NCBI GenBank assembly: GCA_045563315.1
Contig: JBJKUD010000023.1
Coordinates: 914-64,913 of the forward strand
Direction: 5' to 3'
Source of the DNA: Candidatus Actinomarina sp.
GTDB lineage: Bacteria > Actinomycetota > Acidimicrobiia > Actinomarinales > Actinomarinaceae
DNA: 64,000 bases
Part shown: one piece after another, positions 60,519 to 64,000 of the stretch
Layout of the letters: each line of letters begins with the position of its first letter
Numbering within the stretch: position 1 is the first letter of the stretch
Notes under the pieces: generated by a model
Databases searched by the model: none
What the model saw: the letters and a program-made list of their open reading frames with translations, nothing else
Told to the model about the DNA's origin: nothing
Translations under genes and position numbers: made by a program

Positions 60519-62147
60519 GTGACCAAATACATTTTTGTAACTGGTGGTGTAGTCTCTGGTCTTGGGAAAGGGATTACATCTGCATCTCTTGGAAACCTAC
60601 TAAAATCTCGTGGACTATCTGTTATTAATCAAAAACTTGATCCCTATATAAACGTTGATCCAGACACGATGAATCCTTTTCAACATGGAGAAGTATTTGT
60701 AACCGAAGATGGAGCTACTACTGATTTGGATTTAGGTCATTATGAAAGATTCACAGGTGTGAACTTAAGAAAGGACTCTAACGTCACTACTGGAAGTATT
60801 TACAGAAAAGTTATTGAGAGTGAAAGAAAAGGTGACTATTTAGGTGCAACGGTTCAAGTAATTCCCCATATTACTGATGAAATAAAAAGAAGAGTCAAAG
60901 GTATTTCAAATGATATAGATGTACAAATTACAGAAATTGGAGGAACTGTTGGTGATATTGAAATACTTCCATTCTTAGAAGCCGCACGGCAAATTCGAAA
61001 AGAATTAGGAAGTGAAAATGTTATGTTTATTCATGTTACTCTTGTTCCTTTTATTGGACCAAGTACTGAGTTAAAGACTAAGCCAACTCAACATTCTGTA
61101 ACCCTATTAAGAGCAGCCGGAATTTCTCCAGATTTAATAGTCTTACGATCTGACAGGGAATTAAATGAAGAAATTAAAAGCAAAGTTTCACAATTTTGCG
61201 ACGTGCCATTATCAAAAGTTGTAAATGCTCCTGACTTGGATGACATTTATGAAGTTCCTTTGAGAATGTTCGATGAAGGATTAGATAGTGCAGTAGATGA
61301 TCGTTTAAAACTTAATTCTAATTCTCCAGACTTATCCCAATGGAAAACAATGGTTAATTTAAAAGAGAATGCAAGTGACACTGTAAAAATCGCAATACTA
61401 GGTAAATATTTCGGATTGCCTGATAGCTATCTCTCAGTTGTTGAATCTTTAAAACATTCATGTTTGCAAAATAATGTTAAATTAGATCTTCACTGGATAG
61501 ATGCAGACAATTTTGAGTTGTCATCACTTGATGAAATCGACGGAGTAATTGTTCCGGGAGGTTTTGGTTATAGAGGCATAGAAGGAAAAATATCAGCAAT
61601 TCAATACATTCGAGAAAACAAGATTCCTTTTCTTGGAATATGTCTAGGATTGCAATGTGCTGTTATTGAATTTGCAAGAAATGTATGTGGGATATCCGAT
61701 GCAAATTCTTCAGAATTCTCACAAAATATTAAAAATTACGTAATTGATTTATTGCCAAATCAAGATCTAGATAAAGATGACGTAGGAGCATCAATGAGGC
61801 TCGGAACTTATCCTTGTAAAATAAATCCAGATACAATTGCTTCAAATGTATATGGCGAAGAAGTTATTTATGAAAGACATCGTCATCGATATGAAGTAAA
61901 CAACAAATATAGAGACATATTGATTGAAAATGGTTTAACCATTGGGGGAGTTTCACCAGATAATAATTTAGTTGAAATGATTGAAATACAAGATCATCCT
62001 TATTTTGTTGCATCACAATTCCATCCAGAATTTAAATCTAGACCCTGGGACCCAGCACCATTATTCTATGAGTTTATTTCTGCATCTTTAAAAACTAAAT
62101 CGTCGGAATCTAATAATATTGTCACAGAAACAATCAAAAAAAAGTAG
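60519..62147 (+). CDS. pyrG: CTP synthase (GTG start)
   Basis: N-terminal MTKYIFVTGGVVSGLGKG, C-terminal GATase with GICLGLQ and the catalytic His-Glu in FHPE. Confidence 0.97.
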   Translation: MTKYIFVTGGVVSGLGKGITSASLGNLLKSRGLSVINQKLDPYINVDPDTMNPFQHGEVFVTEDGATTDLDLGHYERFTGVNLRKDSNVTTGSIYRKVIESERKGDYLGATVQVIPHITDEIKRRVKGISNDIDVQITEIGGTVGDIEILPFLEAARQIRKELGSENVMFIHVTLVPFIGPSTELKTKPTQHSVTLLRAAGISPDLIVLRSDRELNEEIKSKVSQFCDVPLSKVVNAPDLDDIYEVPLRMFDEGLDSAVDDRLKLNSNSPDLSQWKTMVNLKENASDTVKIAILGKYFGLPDSYLSVVESLKHSCLQNNVKLDLHWIDADNFELSSLDEIDGVIVPGGFGYRGIEGKISAIQYIRENKIPFLGICLGLQCAVIEFARNVCGISDANSSEFSQNIKNYVIDLLPNQDLDKDDVGASMRLGTYPCKINPDTIASNVYGEEVIYERHRHRYEVNNKYRDILIENGLTIGGVSPDNNLVEMIEIQDHPYFVASQFHPEFKSRPWDPAPLFYEFISASLKTKSSESNNIVTETIKKK

Positions 62148-63003
62148 CTCTGCTTTAGTTTCAGATTTTTGTAACTATCTACAATTCAACAAGGGATTAT
62201 CTGAAAACACCGTTAAAGCATATAGATCAGATGTTCTCGAGTTTTTTAAATTTCTTGGTAAAGATGAAATAAATAATATCACTTTAGAAAGTTTCATAAC
62301 TTCACTTTCTAATAGAAATCAATCAGAAAACTCAAAAGTAAGAAAAATTTCATCTATCAACCAATATGTTCAGTGGTTTAATTCAAATAGTTTAGAAAAA
62401 CAAATAATGATTGATAAGATATCATTGAAGACGGGTTCCTATCTTCCTGAAACTCTTTCGGTATCTGATATTACAAAAATGATTGAAACCTATGAAGTTA
62501 CTAATTTTTTAAACGCAAGAAACAAAGCGATTATTGATTTTATGTATTCTACAGCATGTCGAGTATCGGAATTGACAGACGTAAAAATCTCTGATGTTGA
62601 TTATGATGACAATTTTGTAAAACTGCAAGGTAAAGGTTCAAAACAAAGAATCGTTCCAATAGGCCGTGAGTTAAAAAAAAATTTATATTCATATTTAAAA
62701 ATTAGAAAAGAACTTGTTACGAATGAGTCATTATTATTTTTATCTCGAAACAAAAAAAAACTTGATAGAACAGCTGTATTCAGAGTTATTAAAAAAACAG
62801 CTTTAAAAACGGGTATAAATGCTTCTATTCATCCTCATACTCTTAGGCACAGTGCAGCTACTCATATGTTAGAAGCTGGATGTGATTTAAGAACTCTTCA
62901 AGAATTTTTGGGACATACTTCTGTATCTACAACGAAGATTTATACTAAATTAACAAAAGAATTTTTAGTTGAAATTTTTAAGGAAAGTCACCCTAGAGCA
63001 TGA
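62119..63003 (+). CDS. xerD: Tyrosine recombinase XerD
   Basis: N-terminal core-binding domain (GLSENTVKAYRSDV), catalytic R...HxxR...Y (HTLRHSAATHML, TTKIYT). Confidence 0.9.
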   Translation: MSQKQSKKSSSALVSDFCNYLQFNKGLSENTVKAYRSDVLEFFKFLGKDEINNITLESFITSLSNRNQSENSKVRKISSINQYVQWFNSNSLEKQIMIDKISLKTGSYLPETLSVSDITKMIETYEVTNFLNARNKAIIDFMYSTACRVSELTDVKISDVDYDDNFVKLQGKGSKQRIVPIGRELKKNLYSYLKIRKELVTNESLLFLSRNKKKLDRTAVFRVIKKTALKTGINASIHPHTLRHSAATHMLEAGCDLRTLQEFLGHTSVSTTKIYTKLTKEFLVEIFKESHPRA

Positions 63004-63473
63004 AAACATATTTAAAAATTAAACGAGCAATAAGGTATATATTTTATAAACATATTTCTGTTGATGATCAACTAAAAGTGAAACAACAATTCAACAATGA
63101 TGACTTAACAAGACTTTTTTGGCAATTATCGATGCAAGATAGGCATCACTCAATTGAAGTACTCGAAAGAACAATTAGCAAAACTATTGATGATGAAATA
63201 CTTACTCTCAAAGAACTTGAGTCGCTTAACGATTTATATACGTTATGTTTGTTGCATGATATCGGTAAATCAGTTTCAAATTTCTCATGGATATTTAGAA
63301 TTTTTTCTGAATTAAAGATAATCAAAAATAAAAAATCAAAAATGTATCTCAATCATGAAATAATTGGGCTTGAATATATGAAAAAACTTTCAATTGACGA
63401 TTCAACCCTCAAATATTATCAGAAAGAACTAATAGACAATAAACATTTCGTGTTAGATAAGACTGATTTTTAA
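63000..63473 (+). CDS. Small HD-domain protein (putative metal-dependent phosphohydrolase, truncated-looking)
   Basis: H..H (DRHHSIEV) followed by LLHDIGK, the H/HD dyad of HD domains; 157 aa. Confidence 0.45.
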   Translation: MKTYLKIKRAIRYIFYKHISVDDQLKVKQQFNNDDLTRLFWQLSMQDRHHSIEVLERTISKTIDDEILTLKELESLNDLYTLCLLHDIGKSVSNFSWIFRIFSELKIIKNKKSKMYLNHEIIGLEYMKKLSIDDSTLKYYQKELIDNKHFVLDKTDF

Positions 63474-64000
63474 TGCAACTAGAAGAATTAATATCTAAAT
63501 TAAAAACATTATTAATAGACTTTTCTGATGACAATAATACAAAAAATAATACTAATTTAACAAATCTTTTTAATTCACTCAATTTAGATAATGTAAGAAA
63601 AGATATAGATAGCTTTTCCGAGATAGTTTTACTTGTTGCCTCTCTTTTTGAACTTAAAGCAAAAAGTCTTATTCCACAAAATGAAGATGTTGATTGGTTA
63701 GATGAAATTCAACTTATAAAAGATAAAGATTTAGCCTTTGCAAGACTTTTACAATTCAAGGCTTTTTCTGAGGTTGGTATTGCTTTGGCTTCAAAAGTAA
63801 GGGAAAATGAATCATCCATTAGTGCTTTCAAATATTATCAAACATTTGATTTATATAAAAAACCAGATATTGAAATTAAAATTGATATAGATATCTTTAA
63901 TGATGTTGCTAATGAAGTATTTCATAGATATAAATCTGTAAAAGGATTTGATCATATAGAATATGACCTACCAGATATTGATCAAGCTATAAATGACTTA
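63473..64000 (+). CDS. scpA: Segregation and condensation protein A (ScpA), N-terminal part; runs off the window end
   Basis: ATG overlaps previous TAA (TAATG); open to the window end (176 codons). The segment VLLVASLFELKAKSLIP matches the ScpA kleisin N-domain pattern; follows xerD as in Actinobacteria. Confidence 0.5.
   Translation, partial: MQLEELISKLKTLLIDFSDDNNTKNNTNLTNLFNSLNLDNVRKDIDSFSEIVLLVASLFELKAKSLIPQNEDVDWLDEIQLIKDKDLAFARLLQFKAFSEVGIALASKVRENESSISAFKYYQTFDLYKKPDIEIKIDIDIFNDVANEVFHRYKSVKGFDHIEYDLPDIDQAINDL

Noticed and set aside
1-64000. CRISPR arrays, rRNA, tmRNA/RNase P/SRP RNA, IS elements
   Set aside because: No spaced direct repeats; no intergenic region long enough or GC-rich enough for structured RNAs apart from the two tRNA-Leu genes; no transposase or integrase ORFs.

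Overview
This is a visibly AT-rich (roughly 30% G+C by eye), very gene-dense 64-kb chromosomal segment. Almost every gene abuts or overlaps its neighbour (ATGA / TAATG junctions), and I see no rRNA, CRISPR array, integrase or transposase. The gene order is the classic core-chromosome arrangement of Actinobacteria, in a heavily streamlined form. (1) A dcw division/cell-wall cluster: ftsL-like, ftsI, murE, mraY, murD, ftsW, murG, murC, murB, ftsQ, ftsZ, pgeF/yfiH, yggS, sepF, yggT. It is followed by ileS (minus strand), a dksA/traR-like gene, lspA, an rluA-family gene and dnaE. (2) thyX, an EamA transporter, nth, ccdA, a ygfZ-like gene, a few small unknowns and tRNA-Leu(CAA). (3) polA-rpsA-coaE-uvrB-uvrA-uvrC-rapZ-pgk-tpiA-gpmA-secG and a second tRNA-Leu. 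(4) Housekeeping redox/purine genes: a GATase, a standalone Lon N-domain protein, a GuaC-like GMP reductase, an NrdH-like glutaredoxin, a CDF transporter, msrB, yajQ and trmL. (5) A block of unknown membrane proteins: a 519-aa polytopic protein, an AI-2E transporter and three chained tiny TM ORFs. (6) trmI-fdx-pafB-pafC-tatA-tatC-helY, i.e. the actinobacterial Pup-proteasome neighbourhood with the proteasome/Pup genes themselves absent. (7) A lipid kinase, a DUF4193-like protein, GNAT, HAD, rhomboid, ppnK-pyrG-xerD, an HD protein and partial scpA. I found no self-contained novel multi-gene system. The points I would look at again are: polA split by a -1 frameshift at an A4 run; a lysine-rich N-terminal extension (or dual start) on FtsZ; an orphan WYL-domain PafBC pair with a perfect 16-bp palindrome abutting its start codon; a tRNA-Leu whose anticodon reads AAG (A34); several precise gene losses from otherwise conserved syntenic blocks (murF, divIVA, yvcK-whiA-gap, pup-proteasome, recN, parA); and the unexplained membrane-protein block at 47.9-51.0 kb.
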